Below are positions 1-12,333 of a stretch of DNA of 64,000 nucleotides, piece after piece. The stretch's first letter is position 1. Every line of letters begins with the position of its first letter. The stretch spans positions 13,206,001 through 13,270,000 of the forward strand of contig OX597829.1 in the NCBI GenBank assembly GCA_951406725.2, in the 5' to 3' direction. The DNA is from Octopus vulgaris. Lineage: Eukaryota. Made by a program: the position numbers and the translations under genes. A model generated the notes under the pieces. It had not been told where the DNA came from. It made no database searches and saw nothing but the letters and a program-made list of their open reading frames with translations.

Positions 1-522
1 AAAAATTTGTGCCAGCCTTTTAATCGTCAATGTGTTGCCGTCCATGATAAAGAAGTTTTGAATGCTTACCATGGTGAGTCTACTTTCGTGAGAAAGAATC
101 GCTTCAAAACTTGGTGTTTACGAATTTTCTTTTACATCAAGTTCCAAATGTTACGCCAGCCGTTAAACTGTCACTACGTTGCTGTCCGTCGTTAACAAAT
201 GCCAGCCATGGTGACTCTACTATCCTCAGATGCTATCCCTTCAAACTTTGGTTTCCAATATTTTATTATTTTTATTCAGCTCGCAAGTTCGTCTGTCCCT
301 TTTAAATGTTAGCGTTTTGCTGTCTGCCTTGAAGCAGACCTTTCCATTGCCACTGCCTCATATTTCTAAATGATCTTTCTAAATATTTTATTTCTCAACT
401 TACTCAAGATCTTCTGTTGGAGAGAGATAGATAAAGATAGAGAGTAAGAGAAAGCGAGGGAGAGTCCGAGAGAAAGGAAAAGTAAGAGAGTGGGAAAGTG
501 AGAGAGAAACAAATACGGAGAA

Positions 523-870
523 TCATCATCATCATCATAGTTTAACGTCCGTTTTCCGTGCTAGCACGGGTTCGGCAGTGTGACCGGGGTCTCGGAAGCC
601 AGGAGGCTGCACCAGGCTCCAGTCTGATCTGGCAGTGTTTCTACAGGTGGATGACCTTCCTAACGCCAACCACTCTGTGAGTGTAGTGAGTACTTTTTTC
701 GTGCCGCCGGCACTGGTGCCAGGGGTTCTCGCAGTGGCAACGATCGGTTGGTGCTTTTTACGTGCCACCGGCACAGAAGCAAGTCAAGGCGGTGCTGCAA
801 TCGGCCACGTTCGGATGGTGCTTTTTACGTGCTGAAAGGAAGCAACAAAAAGTAACACCCACACTCTTAC
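523..870 (-). mobile_element. SINE/RTE-type 3' portion with (GAT)n tail
   Basis: Minus strand ends GGAAAACGGACGTTAAACT(ATG)n. A homologous copy lies on the + strand at 5060-5223 (TTGGCRTTAGGAAG..CATCCA..GTAGAAAC shared). Confidence 0.6.
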
Positions 871-899
871 CCGCGCGTAGAGCGGGTCACCTTCAGCTA

Positions 900-979
900 G
901 TATATATATATATATATATATACAGATATGCATATATATATATATATAAATATAAATATATATATAAATATATATATAA

Positions 980-1024
<45 letters not shown>

Positions 1025-1027
1025 TAA

Positions 1028-1096
<69 letters not shown>
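900..1096. repeat. (TA)n microsatellite, representative of dozens of (TA)n/(CA)n/(GA)n/(TATC)n tracts in the window
   Basis: Directly visible dinucleotide repeat. These tracts are the source of the YIYI-type ORFs. Confidence 0.98.
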
Positions 1097-1099
<3 letters not shown>

Positions 1100-1774
1100 A
1101 ACATACATACACTCATATACATATTCTTGCATGTTCTACTTGTTTCAGTCATTGGTCATCATGGCGATGTTCAGCATGGTCACAGTCTAATGACTGAAAC
1201 AGAGAAAAGATAAAAGATAAAAAGATATCACATACTCAAACGCACACACATACACACAAACATACAAACACAGACACTCACAGACAGACACACACATACA
1301 TACACACACACATATCTATATATTCATATATACATACTTGCATACACACTTTTAATGGACGATCAATAGAAAAATGCCACACCCTTGAAGAGTGTGTGAG
1401 TCTGTAGCACCAGTAACCACAGGCTTTCTTTCAGAAGCACTGATGTCAGCTTTTAATCTTTAAAAACTTTAATGATGTAACAATATATAACACAGATCAT
1501 AATTGACGGTGTATGGGTTTTGCTCGTCGTTTTACTTGTAAGTCGACACGGAGTAGAAGACAATAAAGATAAGTATATGCTAATATACACACGTGCACGT
1601 GTACTCCCTCACCTCATAGTTGTGTGCACGTGTATAAGCTATTTTGTACCATTCACATGCGAATAAATGTTAATTATTGATCAGTTTTAAAGCACAAAAA
1701 CATGCATGCATGTGCACAAAAGTGCATATATATATATATATATATATGCATGCATAGATTTATATATGTGTGTT

Positions 1775-1819
<45 letters not shown>

Positions 1820-2267
1820 GTGTGTGTGTGTGCGTGCCAAAAAATAACTTATTATTAGTTTCAGAAACAAAATAGGGATTACAATAAAAAAATATCTAAT
1901 AAACACATTATCGACCACACATGTTTTAAACACAAGCCCCTTCGTGTTTGACGCGGTGTAGAATACTTTTTCAAAGCGTCGGTTGTTAAAACAACTGAAT
2001 GTCTTGGACAGGCGAGACAATTGACCTCTAATGCCGTTCAGATGTGTTGGATTTCAATGTTTCGCCAGTTTTGGGGCGAGTTATTCGCCTGTCTATGATT
2101 TTGAGGAATAATCTCCATCACTCTAAATCGCAACCAACCGGTAAACACCCTTTGCATGTATGTTAAACATATGTGGTGGATTTTTATTACACTAGCGCTG
2201 CTTCTATTTCATATTTGAATTTATTCTTACCTATGTATTATCCGGGAATATCAGAACATAGTTTTTA

Positions 2268-2310
<43 letters not shown>

Positions 2311-2847
2311 TCGAGGATTGGCGTTGCAATACACATCGGGTTCGGTTCGGGCAAGTGATGTTGAGAAACCACAAACATGGAGAAACACTCCTGGATGGGA
2401 TTTGGGGGGTGTTGTTTCGTCTGACCTTGACTTTCAGGTGTTTTCATGCCCTATGGCAGCCTACCTGCATATACGCTATGTGTGGTTGATAACATTCATT
2501 GCACTAGCACTGCTTCTATTTCATATATGAATAAAATAAAAGGATGTATTAAAATTTATTAGTTAAGATATGTGACCACATATAATAAAGGAACAAAGAA
2601 AAAAATGTCAATTCCACGTCAATGAATATTTCTGTATGAATAACAGATTTTTACTATTTTGTAAGTAGTAAAGCTGCTATGTCTTCGCTAATGGAGCGGT
2701 CAACAAGTATGACACACTAACATGCAAACTACATACATACCCTTATATGCACAGACATGCAAACACATATATTTGATATGTGTACTAAGGTAATTTTTTA
2801 TATATTTTGAAAATTTAGGGAAAAACTTATTAGAATTTAGCAAATCT

Positions 2848-3052
2848 TCTATCTTTTATCCTCTACTTGTTTCACCTATTAAATTGTGGCCATACTAGGG
2901 CATTTTATTCGAATGAATCGACTCCAGCACTTCGATTTTACTAAATCAGGTACTTATTCTATTGGTCTATTTTGCCGAAACGCTGGGTTACGGGGACGTA
3001 AACACATCAACTCCGGTTCTCAAGTGGTGGTGGAGGACAAACAGAGAGCTAC

Positions 3053-3095
<43 letters not shown>

Positions 3096-3177
3096 GACGG
3101 GTTTCTTTCAGTTTCCGTCTAACAAATCCATTTACAAGGCTTCGGCGGCCTGACGCTATTGTAGAAGATATTTGCCC

Positions 3178-3178
<1 letters not shown>
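2848..3178 (-). mobile_element. Abundant tRNA-derived SINE (family A), partial copy
   Basis: Reverse complement of the 37423-37840 copy (TACTTATTCTAT..GCCGAA..GGGGACGTAAACAC, TTTCAGTTTCCGTCT). Confidence 0.75.
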
Positions 3179-3261
<83 letters not shown>

Positions 3262-3314
3262 ATGCAATACGAGAGTATTGCTTTCCAGTAAAGAATAGCC
3301 CGTGAGGGAAAATT

Positions 3315-3785
3315 ATACATAGAAGTAAATATATGGCACAACGAAATTCCGATATTTACTGGAAAATAGCGAACGTAATAATACGACGCTAATGTATAGC
3401 TTCACCGCGTATGTACTAGCAAAAATGCGTGTGTGCAACAAACTTGAAAAAAATTTTCTTACCTCCAGGGAGAACATCTGAAAGATGAAATACCTAGAAA
3501 GGGATAATGTGTGACCGGTTTCAGATTTTTCAAGACATGTCTGCACACATATACTTGATTTATCTTCATCAGCCAACATATACCTCGACAACATTTCAGA
3601 TGTTGCCACATCAATGCCAATACTGAAACGCCAAAACGCTGGAGGTAAGACAATTTTTTTCAAGTTTGTTGCACACACGCATTTTTGCTAGTAGATACGC
3701 GGTGAAGCTATACATTAGCGTGGTATTATTACGTTCGCTATTTTCCAGTAAATATCGGTACTTCGTTGTGCCATATATTTACTTC

Positions 3786-3791
<6 letters not shown>
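3315..3791. mobile_element. Fold-back non-autonomous Penelope-like unit: ~150-bp inverted repeats (3315-3467 / 3639-3791) around a hammerhead-containing spacer, next to (TA)n
   Basis: TACATAGAAGTAAATATATGGCACAACGAA...CTTACCTCCAG is mirrored by CTGGAGGTAAG...TTCGTTGTGCCATATATTTACTTCTATGTA. Confidence 0.75.
3507..3579 (-). ncRNA. Type I hammerhead ribozyme motif, canonical core, long stem II
   Basis: Minus strand reads CTGATGA, AGAT..TCAAG..CTTGA..ATCT, GAAAC-CG-GTC. Stem III is palindromic (ACCGGT). Stem I is imperfect. Confidence 0.7.
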
Positions 3792-3821
<30 letters not shown>

Positions 3822-3899
3822 ATAAATAAAAATATATGCATACATACAAACATATATGTACGTATCTACATCTACATGTATATATACATGCATATATAA

Positions 3900-4718
3900 A
3901 TAAGTATACGTGAGTACAGGACACCACAATAAGACGTAGAAACGGGAAAAAACAAAAAACAAAAAACAAGAAAACGAAAAAACAGTTACAGGACGTGCTA
4001 CACAAGGAAAAAACCCCCGTCGTCAGCTGTCGCTAGTAGACTGAAGCATGTTTCGAAGGCAAAGACAGAACACTAATCCACTAGGCCTTCCTGCGAGAGA
4101 ATTGAAATAAAATTCCAAGCAGCGGGGCAAAATGAGTACGAACACGAACAGGACGTAATAATAAAACTGCAAAAATAAAAATACATGTACAAAAAATACA
4201 AATAAATACAAAACGAGAAAATAAAAAGAGAATACGATACAGGAAATCAAACACACAAGAGGACGAACGAAAAAGCCTTTTTTTCTGGCATAGACGAAGG
4301 ATACTGTGGCAGCGCGTGGAAGGCAGTCTTTTCAGTAGTAGGAGCAACGTGTAAAAGAAATTTTTATAGGCTGGCAGTAAGAAAGAAGGAAGGAGGAGGG
4401 GGACACGCGGCTGAGAGAGAGAGGAGGAGTGGGAGGGAGAGAGAGTGGAGAGGGTAAAGCAAAGGGAGAGAATTCCGCGTCTTAAATATAATAATAATAT
4501 AAAAATAACAGGAACCAAGAGGTGGAACAAAAAACAAGAAAACGAAAAAAACAGTTACAGGACGTGCTACACAAGGAAAAAACCCCGTCATCAGCTGTCG
4601 CTAGTAGACTGAAGCATGTTTCGAAGGCAAAGACAGAACACTAATCCACTAGGCCTTCCTGCGAGAGAATTAAAATAAAATTCCAAGCAGCGGGGCAAAA
4701 TGAGTACGAACACGAACA
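3900..4718 (-). mobile_element. Non-autonomous element with ~190-bp direct terminal repeats (3961-4150 and 4529-4718), Penelope pLTR/retrozyme-like, between TA-rich tracts
   Basis: Two near-identical copies of AAAACAAGAAAACGAAAAAACAGTTACAGG...GAGTACGAACACGAACA. Each has CTGAYGA on the minus strand. Confidence 0.65.
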
Positions 4719-4752
<34 letters not shown>

Positions 4753-4762
4753 ATATATATAT

Positions 4763-4803
<41 letters not shown>

Positions 4804-5059
4804 AACAATAAAATCCATAATGGCAGAGTCCGAAAAGTGTAAAGTTCCAATGATAATCCGTATGGTGTGATGTTAAGGTGGATAAGGAGAGGTACTGAAT
4901 GTCTGAGAAGGTAGGAGAGAAGAAAGTTCAAGAGAGGAGGGAGTTCAGTCAGGCAAGATCAAACTGGAGAGACCAACTGAGAGTGTACTATACATGGCTC
5001 AAATGTACGGAAAACAAAAGTTAAAGGAAGTTGAGGGTATCATAGAAAAATCATCCTAT

Positions 5060-5223
5060 ACAATCTGGGGAGTAGTTGGCATTAGGAAGATCATCCAGTC
5101 GTAGAAACCCTGCCAAAATAGAGAATGGAGATTTAGCGGCCCCTGGTGTTACCAGTTCCAATCAAACTGTCCAACCCATGTCAGCTTGGAAAACCGGATT
5201 TAGATGATGATGATGATGATGAT
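5060..5223 (+). mobile_element. SINE/RTE-type 3' end with (GAT)n tail
   Basis: Homologous to 523-870 and ends in GATGATGAT. Confidence 0.55.
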
Positions 5224-5295
5224 TAACCTCCCACACACACACACATCCCATAGCTATTCCATGTTTATATTTTTGTACTTCAATATTATTAGTAA

Positions 5296-5689
5296 TCTTT
5301 ATATATAAAAATGAAGTTGTGTGTCTGTCTCCTACGATTTAGATTCCTAACTACTCCCACATTTTGCGGTGCAGTTTAACCAAAACCGGGTATCTTATAG
5401 TCGTGATTCATATCGAGCCCTTCTGGGTATTAGCCCGCGTCTACGATGAGTCTACGATTTAAAAAAAAATTACCATCATTTTTTTCCATTTTAATGCATT
5501 TTTTCGTTATTATATAAGGGAAGTAACTCTCTAAAAATGTCTACGATGAGTCAACGATTAAAAAAAAATTACCATCATTTTTCTTCCATTTTTAATGCAT
5601 TTTTTTCAATTTTTTGGCTATAACTCTCTAAAAATGTTTATATAGTTATTTCCCTTACAAACCCGAGCAACGCCGGGCGATACTGCTAG
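5296..5689 (+). mobile_element. Non-autonomous Helitron
   Basis: 5' A|TC start, subterminal GC hairpin CCCGAGCAACGCCGGG (5662-5677), CTAG|T 3' end and no TSD. Internal ~100-bp-period duplication at 5439 and 5539. Confidence 0.85.
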
Positions 5690-5746
5690 TTATATATAAA
5701 AAAAGTTTTTTAATATTTTGTCTATTGTTGAAGTATAAGTAATTTA

Positions 5747-5870
5747 ATTCTTTACTTGTTTCAGTCATTTGACTGCAGCTGTGCTAGAGCACCGTCTTGA
5801 AGAGTTGTAGTCGAAGAAATTGATTCCAGGACTTAGCTTTTTAAGCTTAGACACACATAGACACACACAC

Positions 5871-5934
<64 letters not shown>

Positions 5935-6060
5935 TTCTATCCGACGGGTTATTTTCAGTTTCCGTCTATCAAATCCACTTACAAGTCTACCAAATCCAAT
6001 CACAGTGGAACTGAACCCGGTATCATATGGTTGGGAAATAAACTTCGTACCACACAGCCA
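5747..6060 (-). mobile_element. SINE family A copy
   Basis: TTTTACTTGTTTCAGTCATTTGACTG...GTACCACACAGCCA is the reverse complement of the family A termini. Confidence 0.75.
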
Positions 6061-6149
6061 AATGAACATAAGCTTTAATAACAAAATGTAATATAGATCC
6101 CGATTGAGAACAACTTAAATATATTTTAAAATCCTACACTTAGAGTCAA

Positions 6150-6612
6150 TTCTGTTGTATAACACGGTTTTTGTCCTTGGGTAGCAATTGCTATTTCCAA
6201 CTTGCTTGCCTCTAGAAAGTATGATAAATGGCTAATATTTCCTCCAAATTTGTTTTTGTTACATTTATTCAAACTCACCAAATCTCTCTCATCACATGGC
6301 TATGATGCTCACCCACTACTCCTGCTCATCGTCAGTGATGGACATATTGTCAGCCACTAAGGGACATGCTCAAGTTGTTAAGGTCAAGCAACTGACAAGC
6401 AAATTTGTAGTGTTGAGCAGAATATTTATAACAATATCTTTGCTTCAACAATTCAGCGCTGAATCTGTCTGAAATCTAACTGTCAATTTTAAACATTGAT
6501 ATCCAGGTGACAAATCAAACTTTGAAGGGAATAGTAGACATTTTCTTTGATTTCTAGATAGAAGCAAATAGGAGATATCACTTATTGACCAAAAATAAAG
6601 TTTTGTTAGCGT
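6150..6612 (+). mobile_element. MITE-like repeat, same family as 44309-44789 and 57200-57676
   Basis: Shares TAACACGGTTTTTGTCCTTG, CAGCCACTAAGGGACATGCTCAA and TGCTTCAACAATTCAGC blocks with the other two copies. Confidence 0.65.
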
Positions 6613-6623
6613 AATCAGTCCAA

Positions 6624-7358
6624 CGGTGGGCTGATTCTATCTTTTGTTTCCCACACTGATTGTTGCGCATGCGCACTAAGTTCTAGCTCACGTCTGCTAT
6701 TTACAGCTGTGCTTGGAAGGAAGGTGTGTAGCGTGTGATCGTCACATTGACCATGACAGAGAAAGTTGTCATGGCGATAACTGCTCAGAGATCTACGCAA
6801 AGGTATAGAAAATGTATGGGGAGGAGTCTATGAGCCGCACCAAAGTGTACGAGTGATTCAGACGTTTCCAAGACGGCCGAAAAAATGTCGATAATGACGA
6901 ACGTTCTGGGAGACCTGCAACCAGCATAACTGAGAAAAACATTGCTGATGTTCGTGCAGTTGAGAGGGGAAAATCGTCGAATCACCATCCTTGAGTTATC
7001 AAAGAATATGTGGATTAGCTACGGTTCAGTTCAGTCCATTATCACTGGAGATTTGGTGATGAGACGCGTGTCTGCCGAGTTTGTGCCAAAATTGCTTTCA
7101 GCTGACCAAAAGAGGCACTCGAGTTTCTGTTGCACAAGATCTCCTTGATTGTGTCGAGAAGGATGAAAGCATTTTTGAAAACTTGGCGTAGATCTCTGAG
7201 TAGGCATCACCAAGATTTGGGCAAAATTTGCTGCAGATTCTCTGCTCAACTTTGTCATGTTCAATGCGACGATCGCACGCTATACACGTTCATTCCAAAC
7301 AATGCTGTAAATAGAATAAGTGAGGTAAAACGTTAAAACTTAGTGCACATGCACAACA
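6624..7358 (+). mobile_element. Mariner transposase 5' fragment (pseudogene) followed by an inverted copy of its own 5' region
   Basis: Translates to YGEESMSRTKVYE*FRRFQDGRKNVDNDERSGRP..RRITILEL..RRVSAEFVPKLL (HTH plus the WVPREL-equivalent motif). 7184-7358 is the reverse complement of ~6659-6800. Confidence 0.85.
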
Positions 7359-7497
7359 GAGTTTGAGATCAATTTATGTCAAGTGGTTTTACTCTACGTG
7401 TTTTAGATTCGTTACTATAGCAACAGTCCGAATACTTATTGATCAGACTTGTACATATATATGTATATATATGTATATATATATTTATATATATATA

Positions 7498-7542
<45 letters not shown>

Positions 7543-7548
<6 letters not shown>

Positions 7549-7670
7549 GGCTTCTTTCAGTTTCCGTCTAGCAAATCCACTCACAAGGATTTGGTTGGCC
7601 TGAGGCAAGTAGATACTTGCCTAAGGTGCCACGCAATGGGGCTGAAACCAGAACCATGTGGTTGGGAAAC
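7543..7670 (-). mobile_element. SINE family A 5' half
   Basis: GGGCTTCTTTCAGTTTCCGTCTAGCAAATCCACTCACAAGG..GAACCATGTGGTTGGG. Confidence 0.7.
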
Positions 7671-7779
7671 AAATCATAAATATATAAAGATATATATGTG
7701 CGCACGCGCGTGTGCTTGTGTGTGTGTGTACAAAGATTTATGCATATACCGTGTGCGTCTGTGTGTGTTTATATATGTA

Positions 7780-7837
<58 letters not shown>

Positions 7838-7840
7838 CAT

Positions 7841-7872
<32 letters not shown>

Positions 7873-7967
7873 GTGTATGTAATTATGTAAATCTATCTAT
7901 CTATCAATGTCTCTCTCTCTTTATATATATATATGCATATATATACACACAGACACACATATATATA

Positions 7968-7999
<32 letters not shown>

Positions 8000-8001
8000 C
8001 T

Positions 8002-8055
<54 letters not shown>

Positions 8056-8503
8056 GTGCAGAAACGACATAAAAGTGATTATGTGTATATTCTATGTATG
8101 TGTGCGTCTGTGTGTGTGCGTGCTCGCACAAGTATAGCTGAAATCTAAGAAGTTTTTTTCAATAGAGTCGAAAGACACAAAGCAGAGCCAAAAGAAAAAA
8201 AAGAAAAGAAGAAAATAAATACAATCCCGAAACGAAATAGGGAAGAAAGAATAAAATAAAGAACGATGTGGTAATAAAGAACTGCGATATTGTTAGCCTG
8301 CCGATAACAGTGTGTTAGTGGCAAGAAGACAAGCAACCTGTCGCCACAGAAATCTGCTGAAAAGTCCGTTAAATATACAATAGCTGACGTGACATACGGC
8401 AGCAGACGGTCCAGCTGAGAACACGTGACATGTCGACAGCTCGGAGATTTAGTTCCGTCATTACAACAAGTTATGGCTTTATTGATTTCTCTCTAAAAGG
8501 GAA

Positions 8504-8567
<64 letters not shown>

Positions 8568-8799
8568 AGGAGGAAATGAGAGATAAGGATAGTATTTTAA
8601 AAAATGGGCACTGTCACTGAATTGTCTGGTTATAAATTCAACTTTGAAATGATGTAGTTGCGATTTCGATTCCAGGCTGCGATATTTAAAAAAAAGTATT
8701 GTCCTCGATAGAAGTGAATTGATTTGTACGTCATGAGTGGAGCCTGGGAGATACAAAATGTCTTAACTCTAGTCATTTTGTATCTCCCATTGACATTCT

Positions 8800-9096
8800 G
8801 TCGGTCATGGTGACGAGGGTTCCAGTTGATCTGATCAATGGAACAGCCTGCATCTGAAATTAGCATACAAGTGGCTGAGCAATCTACAGACACGCATACC
8901 TTTAATGCAGTTCTCAGGGAAGTTCATCGTCACAGAATGTTACAAAGCTGCCCGGAGTACAGGTACAACTCATTTTGCCAGCTGAGCAGAGCAACGTAAA
9001 ATAAAATGTCTTCCTCAAGAATACAACACTTCGCCGGGAGTCGAACTCACGACCTTAATGATTGCGAGCTGAATACCCTAACCACTGAGCAACATG
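8800..9096 (-). mobile_element. tRNA-derived SINE (family C)
   Basis: Minus strand GCTCAGTGGTTAGG (A box) and GAGTTCGACTCCC (B box), then TTCTTGAGGAAGAC. The body matches 15110-15220. Confidence 0.7.
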
Positions 9097-9147
9097 CTTT
9101 CACATCCACACACACACACACATACACGCACACACTCACACATATAC

Positions 9148-9216
<69 letters not shown>

Positions 9217-9470
9217 TCACATACACATATCGGTACTGAGCCCTCCCCCCGCTTTCAAATTTGGCATGGAAAGACATATATCAAATGATATAACAACGAA
9301 GACAGCTTTGAAATTGTTTTAACAAAACTCCATTGCTATTCTGTATCACCAGTGTGTGTGTGTTTGTAATCTTTCGTGTTTTATTTCTTTCAATCGATAT
9401 TTTCTTTTGGCGTCTGAATTCTGAAAAATGTCTTTATTCCCGATATAATATTTAGAAATTATTTTCGTAT

Positions 9471-9920
9471 AGGCGCAAGCGTGGCTCTGCGGTCAGAAGC
9501 TTACTTCCTAACCACATGGTTCTGAGTTCAGTCCCATTAGGTGTCACCTTGAGGGAGTACCTTCTAATATAGTCTTCGGTTGACCAAAACCTTGTGAATG
9601 GATTTTGTGGACGGAAACTAAAAGAAACCCGTCGTGTATATATGTATGTAACTATGCGTGTTCCTCTGTGTCTATGTTTGTTCCCCACCAATGCTCGAAA
9701 ACCGGTATCAGTGTGTTTATGTCCTAGTAACTTAGTAGTTTGGCAAAAAAGACGGATAGAATAAGTGCCAGGCTTTAAAAAAATGTAAGTATTGGGGTCG
9801 ATTCAATTAAAATTTCTTCATGACATATGTATATCTTGGTACCTTTCATTTTGAACATTCAACTAAAAATTCTTAAAGGTAGAATGGCCTAACATGGCTG
9901 CGATTTAATGACTGAGACAG
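9471..9920 (+). mobile_element. SINE family A copy
   Basis: GGCGCAAGCGTGGCT..CCACATGGTTCTGAGTTCAGTCCC head and AATGACTGAGAC tail. Confidence 0.75.
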
Positions 9921-10953
9921 GTGGGTAAAACAGGAAAAAAAGGAAGATTTAGGTTTCGATGACACTATTGCTGTAAACTTGTACAAAATATAGTTGTATA
10001 GGCTACATCTTGGTGAACAAAGTAATCACTGATTCATCACGTTACAATTCTGATAATTCTTCTTGAAACTGCATTGAAACTTCTACTAGCATTAGTTGAG
10101 TTAACCAAAAGTCCGTGAAAAATGATATTCAGAATTCCATGTCCCACTGAAGAAAAATTCTTGGATCCAACGCCCCACCATAATTTTCCCAGGTCGTATG
10201 CTCCACCGGTGGGAATCATTAGTTTATGGATTTGTGCATGTGTGAATGTACATTTTAAAAATAATCTTTGAAAGGGGAGCAATGGTTATAGCTTTCTCTG
10301 GATGCCGCAAGTATATAAAATGCCATCGACGCTCAACTTAAAATATTTGGATGTTAACATATGAAGGACGAACCAGAGATGAATGTGTGTGAGTGTGTAT
10401 GCTTGTGTGTGCGTATGTGTGCATATGTGTGTGTGTCTGCGTCTGTGCGTGTGTGTGTGTGTGGGGGGAACGGTGAAGTGTGCCTTGAATATACACAATT
10501 GACTGAATTATATTAGACATTCAAAGACCAGGTGCTGGTATTGAACCGCATGTGTATTACGCATTCATTTGGTAATAATAATAATACTAAAAAAATAGAT
10601 GATCACGTGTTGCATATATTTCAGTTTTAGGTTTCAATTAATTTCACAATTACTTAGCGAGATTATGCAGTATATAAATCACTGAGATCATTAATGAACT
10701 GACCTTAATCACCATATATCGACATTCCTAAAGAAACTTAAGACACCTGTACTAGTTTGTTATTGGAGGATAAATTTAATATATTAACGACGGCGATAAT
10801 TTTTACAGAATAATCTAGTTAACGAGTATAACTAACATTAACTAATTTGTAACTACGATGTAAAATAACCACCAGGAAAGTTTCTTCCGAAAATAATCAC
10901 CGCGAAATATAAAAAGGGAGCTAGTAAACATACAGTATGTTTAAAAATATATA

Positions 10954-11300
10954 TTAGCGACAGAAGCAGTATTAGTACAGAAAGGTAATATTTATCCCCA
11001 CCGAAAAGTGGACGTTCTGCAAGAACAAACGATGCTGCAGTAGTTATCAGGAAGGAAACTCTAATATTGGCTTTTGGTGCAAAATACGCTTTTGTTTATA
11101 TTACTAGCGAGGAGATAAATCGCCGCTACATCCAGCGCTTAAATCACCAGATCACATGATTTCGACCTTATTTAATCTTGTCAATGATGTACACTCGACC
11201 GCTTGAGGGAGCAGCAATTCATTTCATCGTCAACGATAAATAGTTTGAGAGTGCCAGAACAGGAGTTGCTGTCGCGATTTAGCCAGATAGGTTTTTAAAA
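10954..11300 (+). mobile_element. MITE family with TTAGCGACAGAGG-type terminus; related pieces at 16720-16840, 22340-22497 and 47020-47940
   Basis: Shared blocks AAACTCTAATATTG, TTTTGGTGCAAAAT, GAGGAGATAAA and CCAGATCACATGATTTC. Confidence 0.65.
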
Positions 11301-11359
11301 AAATCTTCGTCGCTACCTCAATATAGCTATTCCCTATGCACCGATGTTACTACCGCTTT

Positions 11360-11850
11360 TAAACTTAGAAGAAGCCTCCTCCACTTGGTCATCGATGCAA
11401 TCTGCACCCGATATATATTAGAAAGAGGGGAGCACATCCCTAACATCTTCTAACAGACGACGGGACCATCAGACAGAACAGTTTCGAGCTATTTGTGCAC
11501 ATTGTCAGCGGTGGACAACCGCCTACTAGAGGTAACGGCTATGTGTTCCAACTCGCAATATATACAAAAATAAGTGACAATCAGTCACTGATCTTGCAAC
11601 GAGCAAAGTAGCTAGTTAGAAAATTTCGGTAACAGATGAAAGTAGTAACTATACCGAGAAGTAATGTCTATCGCCAACTCTGCTAGATGTTAGGGGTTCG
11701 CTCCCCTGCTTGCAATATACATGTGTTGTTATATTGCATCGATAACCAGCCGGAAGAGGCTCCTCCAGAGGTTAAAAACTTTTCTTACAGACCATCTATA
11801 TTGAATTGGCGATAAACATTACTTCTCAGTATAGTTACTACTTTCATCTC
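11360..11850. repeat. Overlapping inverted repeats (11634-11678 / 11806-11850, and 11360-11457 / 11680-11778), MITE-like
   Basis: AGATGAAAGTAGTAACTATACCGAGAAGTAATG mirrors CATTACTTCTCAGTATAGTTACTACTTTCATCT. Confidence 0.65.
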
Positions 11851-11901
11851 TAGGTACTTTGCTTGTATTAAAAATATATATATGTATATATATGTATTTA
11901 T

Positions 11902-12027
<126 letters not shown>

Positions 12028-12333
12028 CGACCATGACTTTGAGACTCAGTCTCAACTCATGGCTCGCCACTTCATCCTACGTGGATACCCTCTCACCACT
12101 ATCCACACCGCCCTTGCCAGAGCACGTTCCGTAGACCGTGCATCTGCTCTCTCCCCGAACCCGCCCTGCAGACTCTCGCCTCCCTTTTCCCCTCACTTAC
12201 CACCCCACCACCCTACCTCTCCCTCGCACCATTCTTCGAGCTTTCCGGCATCTCCAGTCAAACCCGTCCACTTCACACCGACCCTAACCGACGCCTCCCA
12301 TCCTTCAAACGAGCCCATAACCTACGAGACCTT

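Noticed and set aside
10-290. Two diverged ~145-bp tandem units (CCATGGTGA.TCTACT..CTTCAAA..TTGGT)
   Set aside because: Similarity looks real but is too degraded and cut by the window edge to classify.
762-1197. [16 protein letters not shown] ORFs here and throughout the track
   Set aside because: Translations of stop-free dinucleotide repeats, not genes.
2410-2440. Minus-strand CTGAAA GTC..GAC GAAAC hammerhead-like string
   Set aside because: The core is one base short and no NUH site or stem I follows.
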